Shown here piece by piece: positions 30,696 to 40,726 of a stretch of DNA of 64,000 nt. The DNA comes from an uncultured Dehalococcoidia bacterium. Its GTDB lineage: Bacteria > Chloroflexota > Dehalococcoidia > DSTF01 > JACRBR01. The first letter of the stretch is position 1. The number at the start of each line of letters is the position of its first letter. The stretch lies in contig CAYJMJ010000011.1 of the NCBI GenBank assembly GCA_964371095.1, forward strand, positions 1,590 to 65,589, in the 5' to 3' direction. The translations under genes were made by a program, and so were the position numbers. The notes below the pieces were generated by a model that saw only the letters and a list, made by a program, of their open reading frames with translations, ran no database searches and had not been told where the DNA came from.

Positions 30696-31530
30696 CACCA
30701 AGCTCCGCGTCCTCGTTCCCCTCGACGGTTCGGCTTCGGCCGAAGGGCCGCTCGAGATCGCCGCCGCGCTGGCGGACCTGATGGACGCCGAGCTGCACGC
30801 GCTGTTCGTCGGCCGCGAGCCTCTCGGGGACGAGGCCGTCGCTCGGCGGATGCGCGTTCCGCCGCGTTGGCGAGGTCACGTCACCGTGCACGGCGCGACG
30901 GGCGACGTGGTGGAGGAGATACGCCGTACGGCGCTCGAGCTCAACCCGATCGCGGTCGTCATCTCCTCCCACGGCGAGACGCGCGACCTTGCCGTGCCGG
31001 CGGGTCACGTCACGTTGGGTGTGCTCGAACGTCCACCGTGCCCGGTGTTCGTCGTCCGCTCGGCACTGAGCCCGCACTCGCAGCGACACCGGATCCGCCA
31101 CCTCCGCCGGATCCTCGTTCCGCTCGATGGAAGCGCCGAGGCCGCGCAGTCCATCGGCCACGGGTCGGCCCTCGCCGCCCGGACGAACGCGCGGCTTCTG
31201 CTGCTCCACGTCGTCGACGTGGCTGGCCGCGTCCCGCTCGCGGCGCCCGTGTACGCGGATCAGTCGCAGTACGAGATGGAGGCGTGGGTGGACGAATTCC
31301 TGCGCACCAGCTTTGCCCACGCGCCCTGTCCGAAGGACGTGCAGGCCGACGTCGCGTTACGCTTCGGCGAGCCGGGGAAGGAGATCGCGGCCTACGCGGA
31401 GGACGAGGACTGCGACCTGATCGTCGCCGCGTGGGGCGGCCGCATCTCCGCCGGTCGGGCCGTCGTGGTGCGGACGCTGCTCGAGCGAGCGCCGTGCCCG
31501 CTGCTGTTCCTGCGCGCCGGCGCGGCTTGA
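30685..31530 (+). CDS. Universal stress protein with tandem UspA domains
   Basis: 281 aa. Two repeats: RVLVPLDGSASAEG and RILVPLDGSAEAAQ, with a hydrophobic C-terminal box in each. Confidence 0.85.
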   Translation: MPSDTKLRVLVPLDGSASAEGPLEIAAALADLMDAELHALFVGREPLGDEAVARRMRVPPRWRGHVTVHGATGDVVEEIRRTALELNPIAVVISSHGETRDLAVPAGHVTLGVLERPPCPVFVVRSALSPHSQRHRIRHLRRILVPLDGSAEAAQSIGHGSALAARTNARLLLLHVVDVAGRVPLAAPVYADQSQYEMEAWVDEFLRTSFAHAPCPKDVQADVALRFGEPGKEIAAYAEDEDCDLIVAAWGGRISAGRAVVVRTLLERAPCPLLFLRAGAA

Positions 31531-31578
31531 TCCGAGGCGCGCGCGCTGCCCGAAGTCGTGGACAACGACGAGATCGCG

Positions 31579-32316
31579 CTAGTTTTCGCGCCAGCGCAGG
31601 CCCGCGACGCCCACCGCCAGACCGCCGGCCGTGATGGCAGCCAGAAGTGCGACCTCCGTTCCGAAGCCCCCTCGTCCGGAAAGGATGCGGTCTACTGCGG
31701 CGCCCGCGTGCGTGTACGGCGAGAAGCGCGCGACCCAGCGCAGCCAGTGCGGCAGCCGCTCGATCGGGAAGTAGACCGGCGACAGCATCGTGACCATGAT
31801 GCCGGCCATGTTCGCCATCACGTTGCCGACCTCGGCGCTGGGCGACCACGTCGCGATGACCACGGCGATGCCGGTCAGCGACAACGACGTCAACGCCAGA
31901 ACTGGCACCAGCCACCAACTGAGGTGGATGTCGATGCCGACCACCGGCGCGAAGCTCAGAACCGCGGCGCCCGTCAGCATGCCGAGCAGAAGCGAGAACG
32001 AAACGATGCCCGCCGCATACGACAACGGGTGCACCGGCGACGTGATCACGAGTTTCAGCGTGTTGTTGAAACGCTCGGTGAGCATGACTTGAGCCAGGTT
32101 GTTGACGGTCATCAGCCCGAGCGCGAACACCAGCGAGCCCGTCATCAGCCGCGTGCCGACGAGGTCCTCCGCGCCCGGCGGGATCAGCCACTTCGCGAAG
32201 TAGAGTGTGCCGATCGGGAAGACGATGACGGCCATCATGTAGAACGGCCACCACGCGCGCGCCTTCAGCATCTCGATCTCGAAGATCACCAGCGCGTCGC
32301 TCGCGAACTTGCGCAT
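31579..32316 (-). CDS. ABC-2 type transporter permease
   Basis: 245 aa, 6 TM. Translationally coupled to the upstream ATPase (ATGA overlap at 32316). Confidence 0.75.
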   Translation of the reverse strand: MRKFASDALVIFEIEMLKARAWWPFYMMAVIVFPIGTLYFAKWLIPPGAEDLVGTRLMTGSLVFALGLMTVNNLAQVMLTERFNNTLKLVITSPVHPLSYAAGIVSFSLLLGMLTGAAVLSFAPVVGIDIHLSWWLVPVLALTSLSLTGIAVVIATWSPSAEVGNVMANMAGIMVTMLSPVYFPIERLPHWLRWVARFSPYTHAGAAVDRILSGRGGFGTEVALLAAITAGGLAVGVAGLRWREN

Positions 32317-33216
32317 CAGGCCTCCAGCGCCTCGGCGGTCAGCTCCAGGTACACGTCCTCGAGGCTGGCCTTCGACAGCGAGAACGTCTCGATGCCGTTA
32401 GACGCCAGCTCGGCCAGCACTTCATCCGACGTCTCGCCGTGAACGAGCCCGCGACCATTCGGCGTCTCGTACGTGGCCTTGAAGCGATTGCGGCAGCGGC
32501 CACGAAGATCCTCCACCGTGCCCTGAATGTAGATGCGGCCGGCGCTGATCAGCGCCACCTCGTCGCACAGTTCCTCGGCCTCCTCCATGTAGTGGGTTGT
32601 GATCACGATGGTGTGGCCGCGTCCGCGCAGCGTCCTTAGCAGCGCCCAGACTTCGCGGCGCGAGTGCGGATCGAGGCCGGTCGTCGGCTCGTCGAGCACC
32701 AGCACCGGTGGGTCGCCGACGAGCGCCACGCCGACCAACAGCTTTCGCTTGAGGCCGCCTGACAGCTGGCTCGCACGATGGCCGGTGTGCTGCGACAAGC
32801 CGAGCGTCTCGATCAGCTCCGACGCCTGTCGGCGCGCGGCCGCGCGCGAGAGGCCGCGCATGCGCCCGAAGTACGCCAGGTGCTCGCCCGGGCGCAGGTG
32901 GTCGAACGGTTCCGCCTCCTGCGGCACGACGCCCATCAGGGCGCGCGCCGAGGTGTGCTCGGCGACGACGTCGACGCCCATGACGTGGACCGAGCCCTCC
33001 GTCGGACGCAGCTCACCAGTGATCTGGCGGACGAGCGTCGTCTTGCCGGCGCCGTTGCGCCCGAGCAGCCCGAGCGTGCTCCCCCTCGGCACGGAGAGGT
33101 TGATCCCATCGTTCGCAAGCGTGCCCGCCGCATATCGCTTGCTGAGACCGGCCACGCGAATCGCCACCTCGTCTGATGTGGCGCGGCGCGCGGACCGCGT
33201 TTCGAGTGTGACGCTC
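32316..33216 (-). CDS. ABC transporter ATP-binding protein (ABC-2 exporter)
   Basis: Walker A GRNGAGKTT, signature LSGGLKRKL. Start MSVTLETRS at 33216 (the ORF track extends to 33341). Confidence 0.85.
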
Positions 33217-33547
33217 ATGCCAATCCTGTTCCCAGTGCACCGAATTATCGGAGGGAGGATGCCGCCGGGGACAGGGAGTGCCGACTGCGGTTTTCGCAAG
33301 TTGACGGCGACACAAGACCGATCCACGCGGCGCCCTCGCATGGGCGAGCGTCGAATACCAGGGCCCTCACCGGCCGATCGGTGCGGGCAGGACCAGCGGC
33401 GCGGGCTGATAGGGATTGCCGGCGTCCTACCGGCGAGATCGCAACGCGCTTCTCTCCGGCGTACTCGACAGCGGTTCCTCGCAGGCGTATGATGTCGGAC
33501 GCTCGGTGGTCGCAGACGTTACGCCGATGCTCACGGACGGCGAGGCG

Positions 33548-34699
33548 ATGAAACACTTCGTTCTCTTGTTTGTGGCGCTCGTGTGCGCCATGGCGGCGCT
33601 GGTGTCCGACCGCGGGGTGTCGTTCGCCATGCCGGTCAACATCTGGGTGTTCAACGGGAACGTGGCTGCGGCAACGGCCGTCACGCCCGTGACGCCGGCC
33701 GCGTTCCACGCGGCGCTCACGACGAGCGCCGCGACGCGCGCGCCGTACCTCGGGCAGTTCGCCGCATTCCAGGCTCGAAGCGGCAGCCAGACCGCGCTGA
33801 CATCCGCAATCCCGTACGCGGGCACGACGTACATCGTGGCCGAGACCGAAAGTTCGACGTGGCCCGTGACGCTGAACGGGCGCGGGCTCGTGTGCACCCC
33901 CGCATGTGACGACGTTGCGTCGACGTACGCTGATGCCACAGACCACATGGTTGTATTTTCGGTCACCGGTACGGGTCCGCGTTCCATCGGCGACGCGCGG
34001 GTGGCAACCGTTCAAAATGAGGCCGTGACGTTCGATTCAACGGCGATCACGGTCGTGGGACACGCGCACGACGCCACGCTCTCGATGGTATCGGGCGACA
34101 CCGCGCTCCTGGCCGATGCGCCGAGTTGTCAACTGGGCGACAGCATCGCCGATCCGACGCGGGCTGGGGCGCTCTTGACCTACACCGACATCAACGGCAC
34201 GCCGCTCGTCGGCTACCAGACGGGATGGGACGTTGCGTCGTCACCTTTCGCGACGCTCGCGGCGGCTGCGTCCACTTCGTGGATTCGCCCAGACGGATAC
34301 CTCGCCGCGTACAACGTCGTGTGCGGCGTGTCGCCGGGCGGCCTGACGCTCCAGGCGAGCGCCGCGGACGGCGCGATTGAAGGCGTATCCGGCCCGCTCG
34401 TCCGCGCGCAGGCGCTGACGGTTACCGCGGAATTGGACTCGGACGGCGACGGTTATTCGGACGCCCAGGAGGCGCAGATCGGAAAGAACCCGAACGTGTA
34501 TTGCGCGGTCATGCGGGCTGACGTCAACAACGACGGCAAGGCGACGCTCGCCGATCTCATCCTGATCGCGGGATGGTACAACCAGTACGCACCGCCCGCG
34601 CCCACCCGGTACGATCAGAAGATCGATGCCAAGATGACACTCGCCGACTTGATCCTCGTCGCTCAGGTGTACCAGCACACCGTAAATTCATGCCCGTAA
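33548..34699 (+). CDS. Secreted protein with a C-terminal thrombospondin-type-3-like Ca-binding repeat and a dockerin-like double EF-hand module. N-terminal domain unknown
   Basis: Signal peptide MKHFVLLFVALVCAMAALVS. DSDGDGYSDAQE. Dockerin repeats DVNNDGKATLADLILI and DQKIDAKMTLADLILV. Confidence 0.7.
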   Translation: MKHFVLLFVALVCAMAALVSDRGVSFAMPVNIWVFNGNVAAATAVTPVTPAAFHAALTTSAATRAPYLGQFAAFQARSGSQTALTSAIPYAGTTYIVAETESSTWPVTLNGRGLVCTPACDDVASTYADATDHMVVFSVTGTGPRSIGDARVATVQNEAVTFDSTAITVVGHAHDATLSMVSGDTALLADAPSCQLGDSIADPTRAGALLTYTDINGTPLVGYQTGWDVASSPFATLAAAASTSWIRPDGYLAAYNVVCGVSPGGLTLQASAADGAIEGVSGPLVRAQALTVTAELDSDGDGYSDAQEAQIGKNPNVYCAVMRADVNNDGKATLADLILIAGWYNQYAPPAPTRYDQKIDAKMTLADLILVAQVYQHTVNSCP

Positions 34700-34869
34700 C
34701 GGAGGCATTCGCGCGCACGCGGGCGAAGTCGCGAAAGCCAGGCACGTCCCGGGTGGCGCTGGGCCGCGGCAAAGGGGAACTCCGCCGCGGAATGGTGTTG
34801 TGAGTTGGCGGGGAAGCATCCGGGTGTTCGGTACCGGACGCTTCCCCGCCGTGTCGCTGAAGTCGGACC

Positions 34870-36054
34870 TCAGGGAGTCGAGATCAGCGTCATGGCGTTG
34901 TAGCTCTGGCCCGGCGTATTTCGGCACGACCAGTTGCCACTCGCCTTCCCATAGATTAGCGCCACGCACCGGCCGAGTGCTCGCTCTCCAAACGCGTTTG
35001 GGTGCACCGATTCCTGGGCATCGCCCTGGCAGCATCCGGTGTTGACCCAGCGCACCCATTCGTGCACCACGGGGTTCGGCCCGCTGGACCCCACGAGCGA
35101 CGAGCTTCGGTTGCAGATCTCATGGCCATTGAGCGCATCGCGCACGTCGAGGAACTGAACACCCTTCTCGGCCGCGATGGCCCGCATGCCGTCGACGATG
35201 TACGGCGTGGCCGTGTTCTTCGCCCAGGTGAAGTCACCGTCGTAGAACGGGCACCCACCGAGCGTCCACCTGTCCGAACCTGAGTAGCGAACGTCAGTCG
35301 CGGCGGGAATCGGCGACGAGTATCCGGCAATGACGAACCGCCATTGCGAGGGACTGTATCCGGCGGCGGCCATCACCGCCCGCACCTCGTCGATCGCCTT
35401 GCGAAGGCCATTCTGCGCGGCGGGCATCGCCGCCTGCATGGATGCCTGTTCGGCCTGGTTGCATTCGCCAAGGCCCAGCACCCAGCGGGACGCGCAGTTG
35501 ATCACGTGGTCGGCGAACCCAAGATCGTTCGCCATGATGGTCAGGACGACCAGCTTCACGTTCTTCTGCTGGGCAACGGTCAGCAACTGGTCCGCTTGCG
35601 GGGCCTCGCCCTTGAAGCTTTGTCCACCCTGCGAGGCCCGCCAGATGTTGACGGTTTGCGCTCCAGAGCACGCGAGATTGATCCTCTCGTTGACCGAGAT
35701 GCCGGCGCTCTTGATGGTCGCCACATCGGATCGATGGCACCCGTTGCTGTACGAGGAACCGTAGACGCGGGTCGCATCGTAGGTGCACCAGCCCCACCAG
35801 GTGCATCTCGCGGCGCGATCTGTGCCGTCGCGCGTGAAGAACATGTTGAGGCTGTTGCCTTGCCAGCGGCCGGCCTCGCCCGAAATGAAGCTGTCGCCCA
35901 ATGACACGATCGCGGTCGTGCTGGACCCGGGACTCGCTTCGGACGGCCGCGCATCCGTCATCGTCGCCGCAAGCGCCACGGCCATCAGCGCGAAGACGAG
36001 CGTACGGCGCTGTTTCGCGAGCCGGATCAAGACGTTCCATGCATTCGAGGTCAT
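34870..36054 (-). CDS. Secreted SGNH/GDSL-family hydrolase (esterase/lipase)
   Basis: GDSFISGE block I, catalytic His in HPNAFG. N-terminal TM/signal. AAAGGAAG SD before ATG 36054. Confidence 0.8.
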   Translation of the reverse strand: MTSNAWNVLIRLAKQRRTLVFALMAVALAATMTDARPSEASPGSSTTAIVSLGDSFISGEAGRWQGNSLNMFFTRDGTDRAARCTWWGWCTYDATRVYGSSYSNGCHRSDVATIKSAGISVNERINLACSGAQTVNIWRASQGGQSFKGEAPQADQLLTVAQQKNVKLVVLTIMANDLGFADHVINCASRWVLGLGECNQAEQASMQAAMPAAQNGLRKAIDEVRAVMAAAGYSPSQWRFVIAGYSSPIPAATDVRYSGSDRWTLGGCPFYDGDFTWAKNTATPYIVDGMRAIAAEKGVQFLDVRDALNGHEICNRSSSLVGSSGPNPVVHEWVRWVNTGCCQGDAQESVHPNAFGERALGRCVALIYGKASGNWSCRNTPGQSYNAMTLISTP

Positions 36055-36343
36055 CGCCAACACTTCCTTTCTTCGTGTCCTCTCCACGTTGGCGACGAAC
36101 GTAAGACGGAATCCTCCGCTTGTCAAGACTTTTCTGCGGAGGGAGAAGGTCATGGTGGCGGGATGCCCGTCGGCGGCGACGGGAAGGCGGCGCGTTATGT
36201 TTTCTCATTGCTGCGGGAGGGCGGCGTTCTCGGCGAATGAGTGACAGGATCCCGACCGGGCGCGGAGGCAAATAGAGAGAGCACACGGATCACTGCGGTC
36301 GCTCGGAGATAGCGGCGCGATGCGCGGGTGGCTCATGGCGCGG

Positions 36344-37075
36344 TTACCCGGCGCAATGCGGGATCGGGGATGCCGCGCAGCGGCCGCGGCGGCAGTAGTC
36401 CTTGCCGAGGCGCGTCAACGCCGCCTCGAAGTGCCGGAAGTCGTATCCCGGCCGGGGATTCTGCTTCCAGGAAGTGCGCGGGTCGGCGATACCGATGTGG
36501 GCGGCGGCGAGCCGGGCGAGATGCCCGACGGGCGGATCGGCCTTCGGCCAGACGCCGCGCAATTCACGCAGGAAGATGCCCGCGGTCACAGGGCCGACGC
36601 CGTTGAACGCCATTAATCGATGGATGACGTCGTCGGCGTCCGATGCGGCGTCGTGCAGCCGGTTGAGGTCGCCGCGGTAGTCCTGGAGCAGCCTGCGGCC
36701 GGCGCCCTGGACCTTGCGGCTGGTGATTCCGTCGTAGCGGACGTAGCCGCCCTCGGCCATGATCTGGAGTAGCTCGTCGAAGTCCGCAGCAGCGATGGCG
36801 CGAGGCGTCACGAGTCCGTGCCGCTCGAACGCACGATAGGTCCGCACCGCCACCGATTCAGTGATGCGGGCGCCGAACAGCATTGACGCGAGGAACCACT
36901 TGAACAGTGCTCGGGGCCGCCGCGTCGTGAGGTCGATTCCCAGCTGTTCTGAGAACAGCTGGCCATGCGTCGCAAGCAGCCCGGCGAGGCCGAACTCCCG
37001 GCGAGCGTCGCGCCCGGCGGGCGCCGGCGACACCAACGGATGTGCGTCGCTCGGGGTGCGCACGATTTGCCTCAC
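36344..37075 (-). CDS. HhH-GPD superfamily base-excision-repair DNA glycosylase (endonuclease III-like)
   Basis: Helix-hairpin-helix FNGVGPVTAGIFLREL. C-terminal Cys cluster CRRGRCAASPIPHC. Start uncertain. Confidence 0.6.
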   Translation of the reverse strand: MRQIVRTPSDAHPLVSPAPAGRDARREFGLAGLLATHGQLFSEQLGIDLTTRRPRALFKWFLASMLFGARITESVAVRTYRAFERHGLVTPRAIAAADFDELLQIMAEGGYVRYDGITSRKVQGAGRRLLQDYRGDLNRLHDAASDADDVIHRLMAFNGVGPVTAGIFLRELRGVWPKADPPVGHLARLAAAHIGIADPRTSWKQNPRPGYDFRHFEAALTRLGKDYCRRGRCAASPIPHCAG

Positions 37076-37316
37076 GGCCCGCGTGCGGTTCTCATCGCGT
37101 GTGGTATTGCTCCGCGACGGTTCCCGCGCGTACGTTCATCGTACACCTCGTCGCTTCGCGCCAATCCAGGTCATCCATCGTGATGCAGATCAGCGCCGGC
37201 AGGTGGAGAGTTCCAGGGTCTATCGGCGCTCACCGTCCGCGCGCGGCGCCGCGGCGCTTCGTGTGCGCCGACGGGTGAGGTCCAGAAGGCCGGCCGCGCC
37301 GTCGCGATTCGGGAGG

Positions 37317-37743
37317 ATGACGTCTGCCGCGATCGCATTTCGAGATCCTCGAGCATACGGCCGATGCGGGCATCATCGCCCACGGCGGCACGCTGGGAGA
37401 GACGTTCGCCCACGCCGCCGAGGGGATGTATGCCCTGATGGTCAACATCGAGGGCGTGCGCGAGTCCGACGTGCGGGAGATCACGGCTTCGGGACAAGAT
37501 ATCGAACGGCTGCTGACGAACTGGCTGCTGGAACTGCTGTTCATGACGGAGACCGAAGGCCTCGTGTTCCGGCGATTTGATGTCGAGATCCACGGCGACG
37601 CGGTGCACGCCCGCGCGTATGGCGAGCCTCTCGATCGCGGGAGGCACGAGGTCGGCGGCATGGTCAAGGGCGTCACGCGACACATGATCGAAGTCGTGCC
37701 GGAGGACAGCGGCTTCCGCGCACGCGTGCTGTTCGACCTGTAG
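37317..37743 (+). CDS. Archease (RtcB activator) with an apparent +1 frameshift after codon 8: ATG 37317 with a GGGAGG SD is in frame 0, while archease homology (FEILEHTADAGIIAHGG...) is in frame +1 from 37339
   Basis: Removing one T from the ttt run at 37338-37340 yields MTSAAIAFEILEHTADAG..., a canonical archease N-terminus. Confidence 0.6.
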
Positions 37744-37758
37744 CGGGAGACTGCGGCC

Positions 37759-39216
37759 ATGACCGACTGGCGCCACGTCCTGCAACGCGTCGATGCGTAC
37801 CGGTGGGAGCTGCCGGCCGACTACAAGCCGGGCATGCGCGTGCCCGCCCGCATCTACGCCGACGAAGCGCTGCTCGCGATCCTCCTCGAAGAGCAGGCAC
37901 TCGAACAGACCGCGAACGTCGCGACGCTGCCCGGCATCGTCTGGCGCTCGCTGGCGATGCCGGACATCCATTGGGGCTACGGCTTTCCCATCGGCGGCGT
38001 CGCGGCGATGCGCGTCGAGGACGGCGTGGTCTCGCCGGGCGGCGTCGGGTTCGACATCAACTGTGGAACGCGCCTGCTCGCGACGAACCTCACCGAGCGC
38101 GACGTCGCGCCGCGAATCGTCGACGTCGTGAACCAACTCTTTCGAGACGTGCCCGCGGGGTTGGGCGAGAAAGGATCGCTGGTCCTCGGCGACGATGAAC
38201 TCGACGCCGTCATGGTTCGCGGCGCCGCGTGGATCGTCGAGCGGGGATATGGCTGGCCCGACGACCTGGAAGTAACGGAGAGCGGCGGCTGCATGGAGGG
38301 CGCCGACCCCTCCGCCATCAGCGCCCGCGCGCGGCAGCGCGGCTCGGCGCAACTCGGGACGCTCGGCGCGGGCAACCACTTCCTCGAGGTGCAGGTGGTC
38401 GACACGGTGTACGACGCCGCCGTGGCGGCGCGTTTCGGGATCAGCGCGCCGGGACAGGTGGTCGTCTTCTTCCACTGCGGCTCGCGCGGCTTCGGGCACC
38501 AGGTGTGTCAGGACTACCTCGACGTCATGGAGGTGGCCGCCGCACGCTATGACATCGAGTTGCCTGACAGACAGCTCGCGTGCGCGCCCATCCGGTCGGA
38601 CGAAGGACGGCGCTACCTGGCCGCGATGGCGGCGGCGGCGAACTTCGCCTGGGCGAACCGCCAGTACATCGCGTACTGGGTACGCCGATCCTTCGAGCAC
38701 GTCTTCCATCGCTCCGCCGAGGAGATGGGCATGCACATGGTGTACGACGTGGCGCACAACATCGCGAAGATCGAGCGGCATCGATTCGAGGGCGCGGACA
38801 TCGACGTGTGCGTGCACCGGAAGGGCGCCACGCGCGCGTTTCCGGCCGGCCATCCCGACGTTCCGGAACGCTATCGCGACGTCGGACAGCCAGTGCTCGT
38901 GCCGGGGGACATGGGCCGGTACTCGTTTCTGGCGGTAGGCCAGCCGCGGGCGATGGAAGAAACGTGGGGATCGACGTGCCACGGCGCGGGACGGGTTCGC
39001 AGCCGACATGCGGCCAAGCGCCTGCTCAAGGGCGTCGACGTCGCGCGCCGTCTCGCCGATCTCGGCATCGTGGTGCGCTGCCACAATCGTGGCGCGCTGG
39101 CCGAGGAGGCGAGCGAGGCGTATAAGGACGTCGCCAACGTCGTCGGCGTACTCGAGCACGCGGGTATCTCCCGCAACGTCGCGAAGATGCGGCCGATGGG
39201 CGTGATCAAGGGTTGA
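37759..39216 (+). CDS. rtcB: RNA-splicing ligase RtcB
   Basis: 485 aa. Conserved RtcB blocks (GGVGFDINCGTRLL, HCGSRGFGHQV, AHNIAKIERH, GTCHGAGR). Confidence 0.9.
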   Translation: MTDWRHVLQRVDAYRWELPADYKPGMRVPARIYADEALLAILLEEQALEQTANVATLPGIVWRSLAMPDIHWGYGFPIGGVAAMRVEDGVVSPGGVGFDINCGTRLLATNLTERDVAPRIVDVVNQLFRDVPAGLGEKGSLVLGDDELDAVMVRGAAWIVERGYGWPDDLEVTESGGCMEGADPSAISARARQRGSAQLGTLGAGNHFLEVQVVDTVYDAAVAARFGISAPGQVVVFFHCGSRGFGHQVCQDYLDVMEVAAARYDIELPDRQLACAPIRSDEGRRYLAAMAAAANFAWANRQYIAYWVRRSFEHVFHRSAEEMGMHMVYDVAHNIAKIERHRFEGADIDVCVHRKGATRAFPAGHPDVPERYRDVGQPVLVPGDMGRYSFLAVGQPRAMEETWGSTCHGAGRVRSRHAAKRLLKGVDVARRLADLGIVVRCHNRGALAEEASEAYKDVANVVGVLEHAGISRNVAKMRPMGVIKG

Positions 39217-39244
39217 CGGCCGTGTCCAGGCGATCAGCCCGAGC

Positions 39245-39292
39245 GGTGGACTTGGTGGAGACGGGGGAGAACCCACCTCCCACAAGTCCACC
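39245..39292. repeat. Imperfect 16-bp inverted repeat (GGTGGACTTGGTGGAG...CCTCCCACAAGTCCACC) between rtcB and the primase gene. Possible terminator or junction of an integrated element
   Basis: Read from the sequence; no U-tract and no tRNA cloverleaf. Confidence 0.4.
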
Positions 39293-39363
39293 ACGATTCC
39301 GAAGCTAAACCGCCCTTCCCCCCTGAAGCCTGGCGACTGGATCGTCGTCCACTGGGAGGTCGC

Positions 39364-40116
39364 GTGACCTCCCCAGCCAGATCGACGCTTGCAGACGTAC
39401 GGCGGCTGTTGGAGCGGGTAAGCGGCCCAGACCGGGCCGGTTGGTACACGGCACGCTGCCCCTTCCACGACGACCGCCACCCGAGCCTGCGGTTCACCGA
39501 TGCTGGCTTCAAGTGCATGGCGTGCGAGGAGCACGGCAGCTTGGCCGACCTCAGACGGCGACTCCCTGGCGCGTCCGCAGATTCTGCTGCGTCGACGCCG
39601 CAAGCGATGCCGACGCCGTACGACTACGTCGACGAGGGCGGAGCGTTGCTGTTCCGGGCGGTGCGGAAGCGCCCCAAGGGGTTCTTCCAGCGGCGTCCCG
39701 ATGGGCAGGGCGGCTGGATCAACGACCTCAAGGGCGTGCGGCTCGTCCTGTACCGCCTGCCCGAAGTCCTGTCCGCTGATCCAAACGCGGCTCTTCTTGT
39801 CGTAGAAGGCGAGAAGGACGCGGACCGGCTGTGGGCGGAGGGCATCCCGGCAACGACTAACCCGATGGGCGCCGGCAAGTGGCGACCCGAGTACAACGAA
39901 CACCTGCGCCGCCGTCACATCCTGATCCTTCCCGACAACGACGAGACAGGGCGCAGGCACGCCAGCGACGTCGCACGATCCTTGCATAGCTTGGCCTCGG
40001 AGGTTCGGGTGCTAGGTCTACCAGACCTGCCCGGGAAAGGTGACATAAGCGACTGGCTCAACGTGGGAGGGACGATACAAGAACTCCTCACGCTGGCCGC
40101 GGTCTGCGCAAAGTGA
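39364..40116 (+). CDS. Mobile-element-type DNA primase (CHC2 zinc finger + TOPRIM), terminated by an in-frame TGA
   Basis: CPFHDDRHPSLRF...KCMAC zinc finger. TOPRIM LLVVEGEKDADRL / ILILPDNDETGRRHA. GTG start with GGGAGG SD. Confidence 0.8.
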   Translation: MTSPARSTLADVRRLLERVSGPDRAGWYTARCPFHDDRHPSLRFTDAGFKCMACEEHGSLADLRRRLPGASADSAASTPQAMPTPYDYVDEGGALLFRAVRKRPKGFFQRRPDGQGGWINDLKGVRLVLYRLPEVLSADPNAALLVVEGEKDADRLWAEGIPATTNPMGAGKWRPEYNEHLRRRHILILPDNDETGRRHASDVARSLHSLASEVRVLGLPDLPGKGDISDWLNVGGTIQELLTLAAVCAK

Positions 40117-40360
40117 GCGCCCGAGGAAACCACGGTCTCAGACGAACCGAGAGGCGAATGCGCCCGCAGCGACGCCGGCAACGGCGATCTCTTCGCGCAG
40201 CTGTACGGCGACCGTGTTCGCTACGACCACCGCCGGAAGCGCTGGCTCGTCTGGAGTGGCCATCACTGGACCGACGACGCGGACGGCGACGTCAGGCGTC
40301 TCGCCAAGCTCGCTGTCCGTCACCGCCAACTCGACACCCACGCGATCAAAGAGACGTCGC
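40117..40360 (+). pseudogene. Same-frame continuation of the primase past its TGA, encoding a P4/D5_N-type primase C-terminal motif (NGDLFAQLYGDRVRYDHRRKRWLVWSGHHWTDDADGDVRRLAKLAV) with no start codon. Nonsense-disrupted or truncated primase-helicase gene
   Basis: Frame 1 is open from 40117 and shares the frame of 39364..40116. No ATG/GTG/TTG until 40537. Downstream helicase portion absent. Confidence 0.45.
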
Positions 40361-40726
40361 ATGCCACTGGAGAACAGGAACCTGGAGCCCGGGACCGTGC
40401 TGGTCGCGCGGTACAAGAAGCAGGATCGGACCTGCGAGGTCGTGCAGACCGAGGAGGGCCTGCGCTACCGGCTGGACGACGGGAGCGAGCACAAGAGCCC
40501 GTCGAGCGCCGGCAAGGCGGCGATGGGAGGGGTCGCGTGCAACGGCTGGCGCTTCTGGTCCCTGCAAGGGACGGAGCCCGCGCGCAAGCCCAAGGCCGAG
40601 AAGCCGGCGAACGCGCAGCCGAAGAAGGCGCCCGCCAAGGGCGACGCCTACGGCTGCGGCGCCTGCGGCGAGTCCTTCCCCACGATGAAGGCGGAGACCA
40701 AGCACGCGCTGATGCACACCGCGTAG
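40361..40726 (+). CDS. DUF2924-like mobile-element protein with a C-terminal C2H2 zinc finger
   Basis: LEPGTVLVARYKKQDRTCEVV...SPSSAGKAAMGGVACNGWRFWSL resembles DUF2924. YGCGACGESFPTMKAETKHALMH is a C2H2 finger. Confidence 0.65.
   Translation: MPLENRNLEPGTVLVARYKKQDRTCEVVQTEEGLRYRLDDGSEHKSPSSAGKAAMGGVACNGWRFWSLQGTEPARKPKAEKPANAQPKKAPAKGDAYGCGACGESFPTMKAETKHALMHTA

Noticed and set aside
39245-39292. Possible tRNA or tRNA-fragment att site at the rtcB/primase junction
   Set aside because: No T-loop (GTTCRANYC) or acceptor/anticodon arm geometry could be built. It is only an inverted repeat. No tRNA genes were found anywhere in the window.
37171-39987. 938-aa minus-strand ORF, the longest in this region
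   Set aside because: It is antisense to archease/rtcB/primase, Arg/Ala-rich with no motifs, and typical of open antisense frames in high-GC DNA. The plus-strand genes have clear homology.
40114-40116. TGA recoding (Trp/Gly/Sec) to read through the primase stop
   Set aside because: Many unambiguous genes in the window terminate with TGA (for example the protease operon partners and ABC genes), so an alternative genetic code is unlikely. No SECIS-like element noted.
40113-40688. 191-aa Arg-rich ORF overlapping the primase remnant and the DUF2924-like gene
   Set aside because: Extreme Arg/Pro composition and no motifs. The other two frames explain the coding signal (primase remnant in frame 1, DUF2924-like in frame 2).
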